DNA of 64,000 bases from Octopus sinensis (Eukaryota): positions 27,962,001 through 28,026,000 of the forward strand of contig NC_043000.1 of NCBI RefSeq assembly GCF_006345805.1, read 5' to 3'. This document shows, one piece after another, positions 26,400 through 38,561 of the stretch. The notes under the pieces were generated by a model that was given only the letters and a program-made list of their open reading frames with translations, had not been told where the DNA came from and made no database searches. The position numbers and the translations under genes were made by a program. The stretch's first letter is position 1. Every line of letters starts with the position of its first letter.

Positions 26400-26960
26400 C
26401 CAGCCTCCGATAACCATACACGTTCGCAGATATAGCAGACCAACCTTCTACATTCACTATAGTGGCGGTCCATTATCGAGCCTTTCGCTTAAATTCTGCG
26501 ATCTATTTTCTAGCAGCTCACTTAAATTCTGCGGTCCATTTTTGAGCAGCTCGCTTGCATTCCACTGCATTCCTCCCAGTACTTGTCTCCTCCAATGGAA
26601 GAGATGCCAAGCATTGCTTTCCCAATTGATGTTCGACATTCGTCATGCTTTCAATGACGAATTTATACAATTTTTAAATCGTAGTCTTGGTTCCCGCTGG
26701 GGTCGCATTCCACAAAGAAGTTCACCGTATAGCATCTGCTTCAGGATCTTCCGATCATTCTTCCGAACAAAGTCCCCAGGCTAACATAAAGGCTGCTTGT
26801 GGTTTATCGCTTAAGTGCTCAGGACGTCGGTACTCCTAACGTCCTCTGCGTCTGGAGTTTACAAGGACAAAACAGTATTTAGAATATGTATAAGACAGTA
26901 TTTAGAATTTTTGGAGGACCTTTACATGATATCCGTGATGGTTACAGCTGAAACTCCGTT
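26400..26960 (-). pseudogene. RTE-clade LINE ORF C-terminal fragment, decayed
   Basis: Reverse strand: ..GDFVRKNDRKILKQMLYGELLCGMRPQREPRLRFKNCINSSLK*..NWESNAWHLFHWR, matching the RTE pattern GHV.RM...R.PKQ.LYGEL..G.R..G.P..R.KD...WE..A..R..WR. Confidence 0.8.
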
Positions 26961-27194
26961 CATTGTAGATTCGTTCGGTTGAGAAAGATTTACAGTTGGA
27001 CAACAAAAAATAACAGCAACAATAGTAATAGTTCTATCAAACTTTGGCACAAGACTGACTATGTTTTAGAGAAGCGTGTTTAATCGAATATTTGAGTAGT
27101 GCTGTATTTTATCGAGCCTGAAATAATAAGCGGCTAAGTGGACATCAGTTGGCTGTAAGCTCACGGTGTAAAATGCCATACGCGCAAACGGCTA

Positions 27195-27390
27195 TGGATG
27201 ATGATGATGAGGAGGAGGAGGAGGAGAAGAAGAAGAAGAAGAAAACGAAAAGAAAAAAAGAAAAGAAGAAGAAGAAGAAGAAGAAGAAAAGAGAAGAAGA
27301 AAGAAGGAGAAGAGAAGAAGAGAAGAAGAAGAAGAAGAAGAAGAAGAAGAGAAGAAGAAGAAGAAGAAGAAGAAGAAGAAGAAGAAGAGC
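27195..27390. repeat. (GAT)/(GAG)/(AAG)n purine-rich microsatellite
   Basis: Directly visible. Confidence 0.97.
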
Positions 27391-28220
27391 CATGATGATG
27401 ATATAAATAGCAATATAAAACCTACAACTGTAAAACTATATTGAGAACTATTTCAACAGATGATATAAGACCGGAACAAAAAAAATATCGAAGATATTTT
27501 CGAATGAAAGTTTTCATCAATAAGATCCAACAATAGACAAACAATAATGATTTCCACTCCAAGAACAGTGAATACAGGAATAAAACAAAAGACACAACTA
27601 AGAACAGTAAAACAAAAATATTCTACGTATTAAATATCGCAGATATTTTCTCTTGGGATGAAAATAAAATCACTATAATGTGTGTTTCTTTCTATACTGA
27701 ATTGCTCATGTTCTATTTAAAATGGGAGAAATCCAGTCTGTTCATCTTCTCTACAGGAAATAGACATTCGATTACAAAAAGCTATTTTCTGAAATACCCA
27801 ACTTAGTCGAAGCATGTTAAGTATAGACTAATAGGTAGGCCAACTAGCAGAAGATAGTAATAAAAGCTTGTAGAAAATTCCCTCAATAGCTCGTTGATAG
27901 CAGACGATATCAGAGGCAATGTGTGATTATCTCGGATACAATAATCTGCCTGTAGATGTCGAAACACATGTAACTTAGCTATAAAATCATCATCATCATC
28001 ATTGTTCGACCGTGTAGCTATAAAATACTAATACAGGATGTTGTACATGTTATTTATTGTAGTAACTTTGTATTCAAAATTTAGAAATTGTTCAATTGAT
28101 AACAAAGACTAACGCAAAAGTGATAAATTCAAATTAAATTATGCAAAGCAAATGAGAAACGGATACTGACATTCATCTGCACATGCGCACATATCTGCAT
28201 ACAACGGATTATATATATAT

Positions 28221-28252
<32 letters not shown>

Positions 28253-28277
28253 CTATATATATATATATATATATATC

Positions 28278-28320
<43 letters not shown>

Positions 28321-28324
<4 letters not shown>

Positions 28325-28415
28325 CAAAAATGGGACAAGAACGCAAAAGATCCAGACAAACTCCGAACGATCCGTCCTTGTTTTCTGGATATTTTGTTTT
28401 CCCATTTTTGTATTT
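28321..28415. repeat. Imperfect fold-back (~40-bp arms) next to (TA)n
   Basis: aatacaaaaatggga...aaaagatccaga vs tctggatattttg..tcccatttttgtatt. Confidence 0.7.
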
Positions 28416-28471
28416 TTATATATAAAATATAGCGGCGTATGTACACTTTGGTCTCTTTATACACACACACA

Positions 28472-28516
<45 letters not shown>

Positions 28517-28517
28517 A

Positions 28518-28553
<36 letters not shown>

Positions 28554-28692
28554 TGTGTAATCCCTTGCAGGAAAAAGATAGAGGAGAATTTGCTTGGGGG
28601 TTTGGTCGCATAACCTTCATCAACTCTTGGAATTTAAGAAGTTAATTGACAACGATGGAATGCAGTCACAAATAGCTACCCTTTCTGGACAA

Positions 28693-29220
28693 TGGAGTAG
28701 AAATATACGAAACCCAATATAACCGACATCACCTGCCGTCCGATAATGGTACACCATGCACAAGCATCACAACCACATGAGTGCAGCATGGGGATCTCAT
28801 ATAAAGATAAACAGCATATGACCATCCAGATGGGGCCCAGTAAGAACTTTCTTGTGGCCGGGTATCTCATCTCAGTCAAAAGGTCTCTGAATAAGAGTTG
28901 TCGGAAGATGATAACCGAAACACCCATGTTTCCAGGTTGAACTATTCAAACTCCGCAGAAGCCATTTCAACACATAGCTATGATGCTCCTCCACCACTCC
29001 TGCTCGTGGTCTAAAAGGATGCAGACACCGCCAGCCACTAAGGGACATGCTCAACTAGTTATGGTCAAGCAACACACAACTGTGCCAAATTGAGTGGTAC
29101 GCTACAGAATATTCTGTGTAGCCCATTTCTTAAAGCAAGTCAAATCAATTCCATGATAACATTTCCAATTAGTTAAGATTAGAAGCCATGCGAGCCACTA
29201 CCTGGTATTACAACAAGGTA
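28693..29220. mobile_element. Older diverged copy of the ~555-bp non-coding element
   Basis: Colinear with 29277-29796 (gcatcacaacca, gatctcatat, ggacatgctcaact, cagaatatt, catgataaca, agttaagat). Confidence 0.8.
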
Positions 29221-29240
29221 TTTATTATTATTATTATTAT

Positions 29241-29795
29241 TGAGTGAGAGAGCAGTGCATGCCATCAAAGTGACACTGGGGTAAAATATACGAAGCCCAG
29301 TATACCCATCATGACTACCCGTCTGATAAGGGTACACTAGGCACATGCATCACAACCATATGTGCGCGACATGGTGATCTCATATGAAGATAAACAACAC
29401 ATGACCTTGCAGGTGGGGCCTAGTTAGAATTTTCTTCTGGTTGAGTAACCCATCCCACTCAAAAGGTCCTTGAATAAGGGTTGTTTAAGGATGTTGAACG
29501 AAACACCTATGTTTCTAGAGGTGAATTATTCAAACTCCATAGAATCCCTCTCAATACATGGCTATGATGCTCCCCCACTACTTACGCTCGTGATCAGAGA
29601 TGCACATATTGTCAGCCACTAAAGGACATGCTCAACTGGTTAAGGTCAAACAACTGACAAGCAAATCTGTGGTATTGAGCAGAATATTTGCTGTAGCCCA
29701 TCTTTTATACCAAGACAAAACAATGTACATGATAACACTTCCAATCAGTTAAGATCTGAAGCCATGAGAGCCATTGCCTGGTACTGCATCAGGGC

Positions 29796-29796
<1 letters not shown>
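29241..29796. mobile_element. Unclassified ~555-bp element with TG...CA ends, inserted in (TTA)n
   Basis: Sharp boundaries with (TTA)n on both sides; related copy immediately upstream; no tRNA head, TIR or recognisable ORF. Confidence 0.7.
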
Positions 29797-29849
<53 letters not shown>

Positions 29850-29881
29850 CATCATCATCATCATCAACATCATCATCATCA

Positions 29882-29932
<51 letters not shown>

Positions 29933-29944
29933 TATTATTATTAT

Positions 29945-30358
29945 TTGTTTGACTTTTGCTTTATATTCGTACAAGTTGGCTCCAAGTCTCACCCAGAGAC
30001 CTCAAGAGACAGCAGGTTGGAAGTTCATGCTGTAGTTATGCCTAGTGTGCCATATATTTGGGGGTCTTTTTGTGTTGTATTAGAGAATGCCCCCCACCCA
30101 AAAGAAACCCATAATTATGTTTGTTTTAAACCCTACATTACATAGAAAGTATTTTGCGTAGGATATGAGCAGTTCACATGAGCACTATCTTTTGAATTTC
30201 TACCATTTTTGGGTTTCCTGGTATCTGAGTTCGGTAGCAATCACCCCTTTCGCTATCATTCCCAGGGCACCTATGACAACAGGTATTATTTTAGTTTTCA
30301 GGTTCCACATTTTGCTGATTTCTATTTCAAAATCTTTATATTTGCTCAGTTTTTGGTA
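29945..30358 (-). pseudogene. R4/Dong-type LINE 3' fragment (RLE C-terminus + 3' UTR) in (TAA)n
   Basis: Reverse strand QKLSKYKDFEIEISKMWNLKTKIIPVVIGALGMIAKG, frameshift, then IPGNPKMVEIQKIVLM*TAHILRKILSM-stop at 30138; TAA runs on both sides. Confidence 0.85.
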
Positions 30359-30360
30359 GG

Positions 30361-30404
<44 letters not shown>

Positions 30405-30421
30405 TATTATTATTATTATTA

Positions 30422-31014
30422 CTCTTTTTTTCTTCTTTCAAATTTTCTTCCATTTCTTGCCGAGTGTCTTCCCGACTCCTAGGCAAAGAAACTCATAGTG
30501 TATATTGGTAGGCCATTAAACCAAACTCAGAGTAGTTCGTTCATTTTTTTTTTTTTTTTTTTTTTTAAAGTTAAATTAAAATGCATGAGCAGCAACAGTT
30601 CTCACATCGACAATGCTCTTCTCAATACGGTGATTGTACCAGTTAAGACAATCTTTTGCACTTCTTGCAGGGATGGTAAGCCAGGGATCATTCTCATATA
30701 ATTTTCGGTTCCCTTCTTGATCATTCCTAGTGCTCCTACGATCACTGGTATTGTAACCGCCTTGAGATGCCACATTTTCTCAAGTTCAATGAGTAGGTCT
30801 TTATATTTTCTGAGCTTGTCAAACTCTTTCGCTGAGATATTATGATCGCAGGGTATGCTCATGTCGATCAATAAGCAAACTTTATTGTTTTGGTCTTTCA
30901 CAACAATATCTGGTTTATTGGCCTTGATGGTTCGGTCTGTATGTACTGGAAAGTCCCACAGAATGGTTACATTTTCTCCTTCAGTTACAGCCTCAGGGTG
31001 GTGATTATACCACT
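30422..31014 (-). pseudogene. R4/Dong-type LINE 3' fragment, open RLE domain (31014-30602) + 3' UTR
   Basis: WYNHHPEAV..ILWDFPVHTDRTIKANKPDIVV..CLLIDMSIP..KLRKYKDL..PVIVGALG..LQEVQKIVL is a PD..D restriction-like endonuclease; it ends in (TAA)n. Confidence 0.92.
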
Positions 31015-31397
31015 CGTTAGCACGCCGGACGAAATGCGTAGCCGTATTTCGTCTGCCGTTACGTTCTGAGTTCGAATTCCGCCGAGGTCGACTTTGCCTT
31101 TCATCCTTTCGGGGTCGATTAAATAAGTACCAGTTACGCACTGGGGGTGATATAATCGACGTAAACCGTTTGTCTATCCTTGTTTGTCCCCTCTGTGTTT
31201 AGCCCCTTATGGGTAATAAAGAAATAGGTATTTCGCCCGTCGCCACGTCCTGAGTTCAAATTCCGTCCAGATCCACTTTACCCTTCATAATTTCGGGGTC
31301 GATAAATTAAGTACCAGTTGAGTACTGGGGTCAATGTAATCGACTATCCCCCTCCCCCAAATGTCAGGCCTTGTGTCTATAGTAGAAAGGATTATTA
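31015..31397 (+). mobile_element. Family A SINE, two internal units
   Basis: cgttagcacgccgg head remnant; units at ~31045 and ~31228; tail caggccttgtgtctatagtagaaaggattatt. Confidence 0.88.
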
Positions 31398-31512
31398 TTT
31401 TATTATGGATGGTGATCGCAACAGCGAACAGCATATTGATCCATTTGTCTTATATTGTTATATTGTTTTGCGTACCTAGGTGCTTATCTGTCTAACTGTC
31501 TATATAGATTAA

Positions 31513-31840
31513 AGGAGCACTCCGTCCGTTGCGACGATGAGGGCCCTATCTGATATGATCAACGGAACAACTTGCTCGTGAAATTAACGTGTAATTGATT
31601 GAGCATTACACAAACACGTGTACCCTTAATGTAGTTCTCAGGGAGATTCAGCACGACACAGTATGTGACCAGGATGACCCCTTTGAATTACAGGTACTAC
31701 TCATTTTTGCCAGCTGAGTTGACTGGAGCAACGTGAAATAAAGTGTCTTGCGCATGGATACCACGCGCCACCGGGAATTGAACTCACGACCTTACGATCA
31801 TGAGCCGAATACCCCTAACCTCTAAGCCACGCGCCTTCAC
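31513..31840 (-). mobile_element. SINE family D, full length
   Basis: Reverse strand: gtgaaggcgcgtggcttagagg (A box), gagttcaattccc (B box), caagacactttatttcacgttgctccagtc (CORE-like). Confidence 0.85.
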
Positions 31841-31942
31841 TCTATATAGAGACAGACAGACAGGCAGAGAAAGAGACACAGACAGAGATATGTAGATGTG
31901 CGTGTATACATGAACATCTGTGTGTGTGTGTGTGTGTTGCTG

Positions 31943-32002
<60 letters not shown>

Positions 32003-32361
32003 GTATGTGTGTGTATGCATGTCTGTATCTATAACTTATACGTCAGAGTAAAATCTTTTCGTCATGTTATATAATTAGTTTATAATAATCTTGATAATTC
32101 CATGACTGTAGTCATCGCTAATACCCGAAATTAATAAATATTCATGTGATATTTTTATTATTAATACTTTTATTAATAATCATGTCACGATGTTATGTGC
32201 GAAAGCTTAAGAAAGTACACATGTCTCTAAAATTCATTTCAATGGCGCAAAATAAGAATTTCTTTTCTTGTAAGAGGTGGATTTGGTTGTTTAATATAAT
32301 AACTATTAGTATAGTTCACGTGACAAGTAGCTTCTGAAAACTATTTATATGAGAACTGTTT

Positions 32362-32397
<36 letters not shown>

Positions 32398-32399
<2 letters not shown>

Positions 32400-32620
32400 T
32401 AGGTGAATGAATTATCCTAGTATGAACAATTCGGTTAACCGATACCCGGGTAGCAAATTCACGTCAGAAAACACGGTTGAAGCTACATGCCAAGGGCAGA
32501 AATCACGTGTTTTCGTGTGGAAATGTGTGTGTTTTTTTAAACTATAAATAAATGAAAGAATGGAGTCGAACGACGATTTTAACAAAATTCCTTTACTCTC
32601 GACATATGTTTCGAAGACTG
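32398..32620 (-). mobile_element. PLE-LTR-like 3' fragment starting inside an HHR motif, in (TA)n
   Basis: Reverse strand starts agtcttc-GAAA-catatg-TC; the 3' end (gctacccgggtatcggttaac...gataattcattc) is shared with the 19266 and 38790 regions. Confidence 0.6.
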
Positions 32621-32943
32621 GATATATATATATATACTTATACATACATACATACAACTTTGATAGGTTTCGGCCAGTATAGACCCAGATCATGTCTAAC
32701 TTAATAGCACAACCTGATGAAGTCTTTTAGTCATATATAGGGCACCATGGCCCACTCTACGTATGGGTGTGTATGCATGTATGTATGTGCGTATGCATGT
32801 ATGTATGTGTGTGCATGTATGTATGTATATAGAAATGTGTATGTATGTATGTGTGTATGCATATCTGTCTGTCTGTCTGTCTGTATGTATGTATGTATGT
32901 ATGTATGTATGTACGTATGTGCAGATTTGTATGTTTTATGTAT

Positions 32944-33290
32944 GGGGTTCCAGCTGATACGATCAACGGAACAGCCTGCTCATGAAATTAACGTGTAAGT
33001 GGCTGAACACTCCACTGACATGTGGACCCTTAACATAGTTCTCGGGGAGATTCAGCGTGACACAGATTGGGACTAGGCTGGCCCTTTGAAATACAGGTAA
33101 AACAGAAACAGAAAGAAAGGGTGAGAGAAAGTTGTGGTGACAGAATACAGCAGAGTTCGCCCTGCCGGAGCTACTTGGAGCTTTAAATGTTTTTGCTCAA
33201 TGAGCACTCACAACGCCAGGTCTGGGAATCAAAACCGCAATCCTACGACCGTGTGTTCGCTACCCCAAATACTGGTCCATTGCGTCTCCA
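32944..33290 (-). mobile_element. Chimeric SINE: family C head/body + family D tail
   Basis: 33290-33110 matches family C; 33098-32944 matches the family D 3' half. Confidence 0.8.
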
Positions 33291-33339
33291 CATGCATTCT
33301 CATGCATATAGTTGCATATCTAGACATACTCATATATAT

Positions 33340-33570
33340 TTAAATGATAAACTTCTGGAAAGTTTTACAGATGTTTACAGTTCCATTGATTGATTGAATC
33401 CGTAGTCATCGTATTAGCTTTCTCCTTTCTGGATTTGAGAAAATTAATTTCTCAAGATTGGTATTTAAGCAGTGTGCTGTATATCCCAGGGCTCCAATAA
33501 TTACAGGTATAAACCTGAACTTGTAATCTGGATAGAATAACTGCAGATTTTTCAATACTTCATCATAGCT
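33340..33570 (-). pseudogene. RLE-type LINE C-terminal fragment, a different family
   Basis: Reverse strand YDEVLKNLQLFYPDYKFRFIPVIIGALGYTAHCLNTNLEKL...QSINGTVNICKTFQKFII-stop; one internal stop. Confidence 0.75.
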
Positions 33571-34096
33571 TACATTTGGACTTATTTTAGAACATATTTC
33601 AGTCCATAAAATAGGATTTGACTACATCTCCATTAAAGCACAGTTTAAGCTATATTTTCGTGGAAGAAGGTTTATGTTCATATAACTTGTGTTAATTCTG
33701 TAACCCTTTAAAATGGAAGATAAGAAAGTTCATTTTCGACATTTGATAATTTGGGGACCAGACAAAAATTGATGCAGCTCCGCTGGGAGGTGTCACCCCA
33801 CCCTTCAAATTCACCGGATATTGCTCCTTCGGATTTCAACTTATTCAGGTCTCTGCAGAATAGTTTTAATGGTAAACATTTCAGTTCTTTGGGTGATGTA
33901 AAAAGATACCTTGATGGAATTCTTTGCCATGAAACCACCTCAATTCTGGGAAGAGGGTATTTTCAAGTTAAAGGAAAGATGGAGACGCATTGTGCAACAA
34001 AATGGTTCATATTTGGCTGATTAAAAATGTAATGGCAAGTATTTATTGACCTTTTTTTATCTTTAAAAATCAGCACTAACTTTCCGGATGACCCAA
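33567..34096 (+). mobile_element. Internally deleted mariner (same family as 16643-17215); keeps the C-terminus, left TIR lost
   Basis: ATG at 33713 gives MEDKKVHFRHL, then a jump to LRWEVSPHPSNSPDIAPSDFNLFRSLQN (mariner YSPDLAPSD-type motif); right TIR aactttccggatgacccaa + TA. Confidence 0.9.
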
Positions 34097-34347
34097 TATA
34101 TATATATATATATAAGAGTTGGGAACCGAAATACTTCAAAGGTATATCAAACATCCAAGTCCGCCGATGAAGTATATAGAAAGGAAAAAATTTAGGTGTA
34201 GACGATCTTTAATTCATAAACCATGTTCGTACAGAACCAATATACATTCTAAAATTTGTAGAATATATATTAGTCCTGTGCCAACGTGGATTATGAATTA
34301 AAGTTCGTCTACACCTACATTTTTTCTTCTTCTTATACTTTATATAT

Positions 34348-34649
34348 ATCACCGTGATCACCGTGACCAATCAGGCTATTAGATGTTGTTACCCATCACT
34401 GGTCACAATGCACTTCACATTGTTTTAGCCTTCAAATAACGCCACCTCGCTGGCTAAGTGAGCAGGCCAACAGAAGAAAGAGTGAGAGAAAGCCGTAGCG
34501 AAAGAGTAAAGCAGGGATCGCCACCACCACCCCCTGCCGGTGCCTCGTGGAGCTTTAGATGTTTTCGGTCAATAAACACTCACAACACCCGGTCTGGGAA
34601 TCGAAACCGCAAGCCCGCTACCCTTACCATTAGGCCATTGCGCCTCCAC
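34348..34649 (-). mobile_element. Chimeric SINE: family C head/body + a third, unrelated tail
   Basis: Family C up to ctttctctcactctttcttctg, then ttggcctgctcacttagccagc...gtcacggtgatcacggtga. Confidence 0.8.
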
Positions 34650-34695
34650 TTTATACATACACACACACACACACAACACATATATATATATATAT

Positions 34696-34776
<81 letters not shown>

Positions 34777-34880
34777 ATATATGTATGGGTGTGTGTGTGG
34801 TGTGTGTGTGTGTGTATGTATAAGTGGAGGCGCAAGGGCCTAGTGGTAAGGGTAGCGGGCTTGCGGTTTTGATTCCCAGA
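34593..34880. repeat. Fold-back duplication of a SINE head and adjacent microsatellite
   Basis: 34824-34880 is the reverse complement of 34593-34649, including the same head deletion; CA/TG runs mirror around a central (TA)n. Confidence 0.85.
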
Positions 34881-36810
34881 TCGTATATTATATATATATA
34901 TATATAATATACGATCTGCTTCAACACAGTTTTCCTCTACCAAATTCACTCTCAAGATACTCGCCGGCCTGGTACTACAATAGAGGGCAGTTCGTCAAGT
35001 TAACGTGCAGTGTGATCGAATCCGATTGCACGAAATTCCTTGTCGTGTAATGAATTCCTTAATCGTTCAGCATTAAGTCAAAGTATTTAAGATTCTGTTG
35101 TCGCCCATTTGCTTGGAATGTATTTGAAACCTAACCGACTTTAGATAAAACGCCCATATATTATTTTATCTTTTAAAACCATTGTAATATATTGTTTGCT
35201 AAAATAGTATTTATTTATAGGTAATATAAATATACTACAATTATAACCTTTGTTCGTCTTCGCTTTGGTAGCTGCTTTGGCTCCTCGTTTCATTTACAAT
35301 AATCGATTTTTCTTCGATATCTCATTGTGATTGCTGAAATAAATGTGGAGACGTATCGATTCGGCCATTGAAATTGCGCCTAATTAAAGTTTTATTCTGA
35401 CAATTTCATTTGTTAAAATGTCATTAGTTGTGTGTAACGTATTGCTATGATAGAACTTTGTCCAGCTTTGTAATTACGGTAGCATTGCTCTTAGCATTTT
35501 AAATAAACAAATTTGTCACAAGATTTCAATATAAATAAAAATTATATATTGATCTTTCAGACATGACTTCATTTATCTCAAGGGAATTTGCCGTCAATAA
35601 TTACTGGCGTGTAAATTTACTATTTCTAAACTAATCACATAACAATCATTCACTCCTGAGCAGTTTGATACAAAAAGAAAAAAGAAAGAAAAAAAAAGAA
35701 AGAAAAATAATTTAGAGGAGAAACCAGAGAGAGATAAACATTTCTTTAACTTAATTGTGAAAGTCAGATTGGCCCGATTCATCAAAATATTTACTGATAT
35801 ATGTTTGATTGTTTTATTTGTTTTATCGTTACAAAGTTGAGAAAACAACCTTTCTCTAAAGTAGGAACACTGCCCAAAGACGTTTCTTTATAAGCCACTT
35901 ACTCACATCAGATGTCATAGATATTTATATTGAACTTATAATAAGCTACCTACGCACATCATAACTGTCACAGATAATAGGTTTTATATTGAAAGAATTC
36001 ATAACAAAGTGAAGTTAGTGTCATGATTTAATGAAGCGAATATTGCATGAATTGGGGGGAGAGAATTTTGGTTTACAGAAACAGATTTGAATTCATCTTT
36101 CAATTTTGAAATGATAAAATATTTTCATTTAACTGAACTCTAATTCCGAGGGGCATATCATGATAACTCATACTTATAGATATTTCTGAATAAAAAAAAA
36201 GTGTATTTATTATATACTTTTCACTTTAGCAGCATTCAAATTCCCATAGTTGTATTTATAAAATTCTTAGTGGGATATTAAAACATATATCTGCCAATGT
36301 GTGTGCCCTTAAGCTAATATAGAAATATGAAAATTGGTAGAACTAGCGCGTAGTTTGTCACAAGGCCAAAGATTCGTATTTCTTTTGAAGTGCTACAATT
36401 CCACTTCCCATTATCGAGGTACTGGATCTTGGGTCGGGATACAGAATATTGTCTGATGGCTGATGAGGCATATTATGTTACACATTATAACCATTAAGAG
36501 TACACTTTGAATATTTGTTGTTCAAGTTTCTCAACAGAAAAGGCTAAAATTCCCAGTATATATTTCCTGTTCCTCTGTCCAACATTCTACATTGAAATCC
36601 GTGAGATAGAAATACACAGGCATTTCCTACTTGTTAAAAGGTATTTCACAGTTAATAAATAATTAATGCATCTCTTCTTTTTATTTTCTAAATATATGAT
36701 AAATTAGTCAATTTACATGTATACTCTTCTTCTTAGTCTCCTATATATATATTTATACTCACAAATATATATATAATATATTTATATATATATATATATA
36801 ATATATATAT

Positions 36811-37210
36811 AGTGGCTGTATGGTAAGTAGCTTGCTTACCAGCCACATGGTTCCGAGTTCAGTCCCACTGCATGGCACCTTGGGCAAGTGTCTTCTACTA
36901 TAGCCCCGGGCCGACCAAAGCCTTGTGAGTGAATTTGATAGACGGAAACTGAAAGAATCCCGTCGTATATATATACATATATATATATGTGTGTGTATGT
37001 ATATATGTGTGTGTATGCATATGTTTGTGTGTCTGTGTTTGTCCAATCGTTTGACAACCGATGCTGGTGTGTTTACGTCCCCCTCACCTAGCGGTTCACC
37101 AAGAGCGACCGATAGAATAAGTACTAGGCTTACAAAGAATAAGTCCTTGGGTCGATTTGCTCGACTAAAAGCGGTGCTCCAGTATGGCCGCAGTAAAATG
37201 ACTGATACAA
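36811..37210 (+). mobile_element. SINE family B
   Basis: agtggctgtatggtaagtagc...ccttgggcaagtgtcttc...ggccgcagtaaaatgactga. Confidence 0.87.
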
Positions 37211-37237
37211 ATATAATATATATATATATATATATTA

Positions 37238-38093
37238 CGTAGTCTGATGAATAAGTATCCGGATTGTTGCCATGGTAACGAAGTTAAAGCATTGAAACCT
37301 GCTGTGCATGTGCACTAAGTTTTAACGTCCTAGTTCACTTCTTCTGTTTACATTTGTGCTTGGAAGGAACGTGTGTAGCGTGTGATCGTTGCAACGACCA
37401 TGAATCTGCATCAGATCTTGCCAAAAGCTTAGCAGTACATGCTCAGAGGCGTATGCAATGTTGCAGAAAGTGTATGTAGCTGAAATTACCAACCGAAATA
37501 ATGTCGATATTGACGAATATTCTGGGTGGCCCGCAACCAACAAAACTAAGGAAAACATCGCAGATGTGCGTACAGCTGTGAGAGGAAATCGTTGAATCAC
37601 CATCCGTGGGTTATCAGAGGATGTGAAGATTAGTTACGATTCCGTTCCGTCCATTTTCACTGAAGATTCGGGTATGAGACGCGTTTCTGTCAAGTTTATG
37701 CCAAAACTGTTTTCAGCTGACAACACACCTGCCCATTCCTCGCAGCTAGTGCAGCAGTTTTGGGCTAGACACAGCATTCCCCTGGTCCGATAGCCACCGT
37801 ATTCCTCGGATCTCACCCCACACCCTGCGACTTTTTTCCTTTTTCCAAAAATATAAAACCCGTTTTGAAAGGGCGATTTCAGGACGTCCAGGAAATCAGA
37901 ATGAATGCGAGGAGGCAGCTACTGATTATCCCAGAAAATTACTTTCGGGAATCTTTCCACCAACGAAAACAGCGCTGGATTAAGTGTGTGGCTTCAGAAG
38001 GGGTCTACTTTGAAGGAGATTAAATGCCAAATTGGCATGTGTTTTAGTTTTGTTTTTATAGCACGTATTTGGATACTTGTCGATCAGACTTTG
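37238..38093 (+). mobile_element. Internally deleted, decayed mariner (second family) in (TA)n
   Basis: Imperfect TIRs agtctgatgaataagtatcc / ggatacttgtcgatcagact. Translated pieces: EAYAMLQKVY, DEYSGWPAT, ITIRGLSEDV, GMRRVSVKFMPK, DNTPAH, PPYSSDL..CDFFLFPK. Confidence 0.88.
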
Positions 38094-38094
38094 T

Positions 38095-38133
<39 letters not shown>

Positions 38134-38249
38134 CATATCTGTATCTATATCTATATCTGTATTCATATATATATTTGTATGTATATATATATATATATAT
38201 AATATATATATGCATAAATATATATATGGATATAGATATAGATGCAGAT

Positions 38250-38462
38250 AGCCAATGTTGTATTCGAAACATATGTCGGAAGTAAAAGAATAAACTCCAT
38301 ATATTTACTTATATAACACAAATTACTGCACATTAACCCGCAGTTTCTACCTTTGAATAGGTCGCTTCATCCGTGTTACTTGCGTAAATTTTGCTACTCT
38401 GGTAACTGTTTATTGAATTTTCCATGTTAACGGTAAACAAAGGGTAATTCAATCATCCATTT
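38250..38462. mobile_element. PLE-LTR-like fragment(s) with HHR-like pieces
   Basis: Plus strand cGAAA-catatg-TC at ~38265; minus strand cggatgaag..acct/aggt..GAAA-ctgc at ~38340-38373; ends in (TA)n. Confidence 0.45.
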
Positions 38463-38484
38463 ATATATATATTTATGTATATAC

Positions 38485-38518
<34 letters not shown>

Positions 38519-38561
38519 GTATGTATATATATGCATCTAACATATATATATATATATATAT

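Noticed and set aside
28886-28935. ctgaataag...gaaacacccatgtttc as a possible HHR in the 555-bp element
   Set aside because: The core does not fit CUGANGA in either copy and there is no stem I.
31015-31141. N-terminus of the 179-aa ORF 30602..31141, and similar MRNW..RPRRNLNSER ORFs at 1606, 1826, 53127 and 63123
   Set aside because: Antisense reading of family A SINE, fortuitously in frame with the LINE fragment.
37244-37262. CTGATGA hammerhead core; also at 32716, 36460, 58662 and CTGACGA at 23155
   Set aside because: No stem II followed by GAAA with stems I and III; the 37244 hit is part of a mariner TIR.
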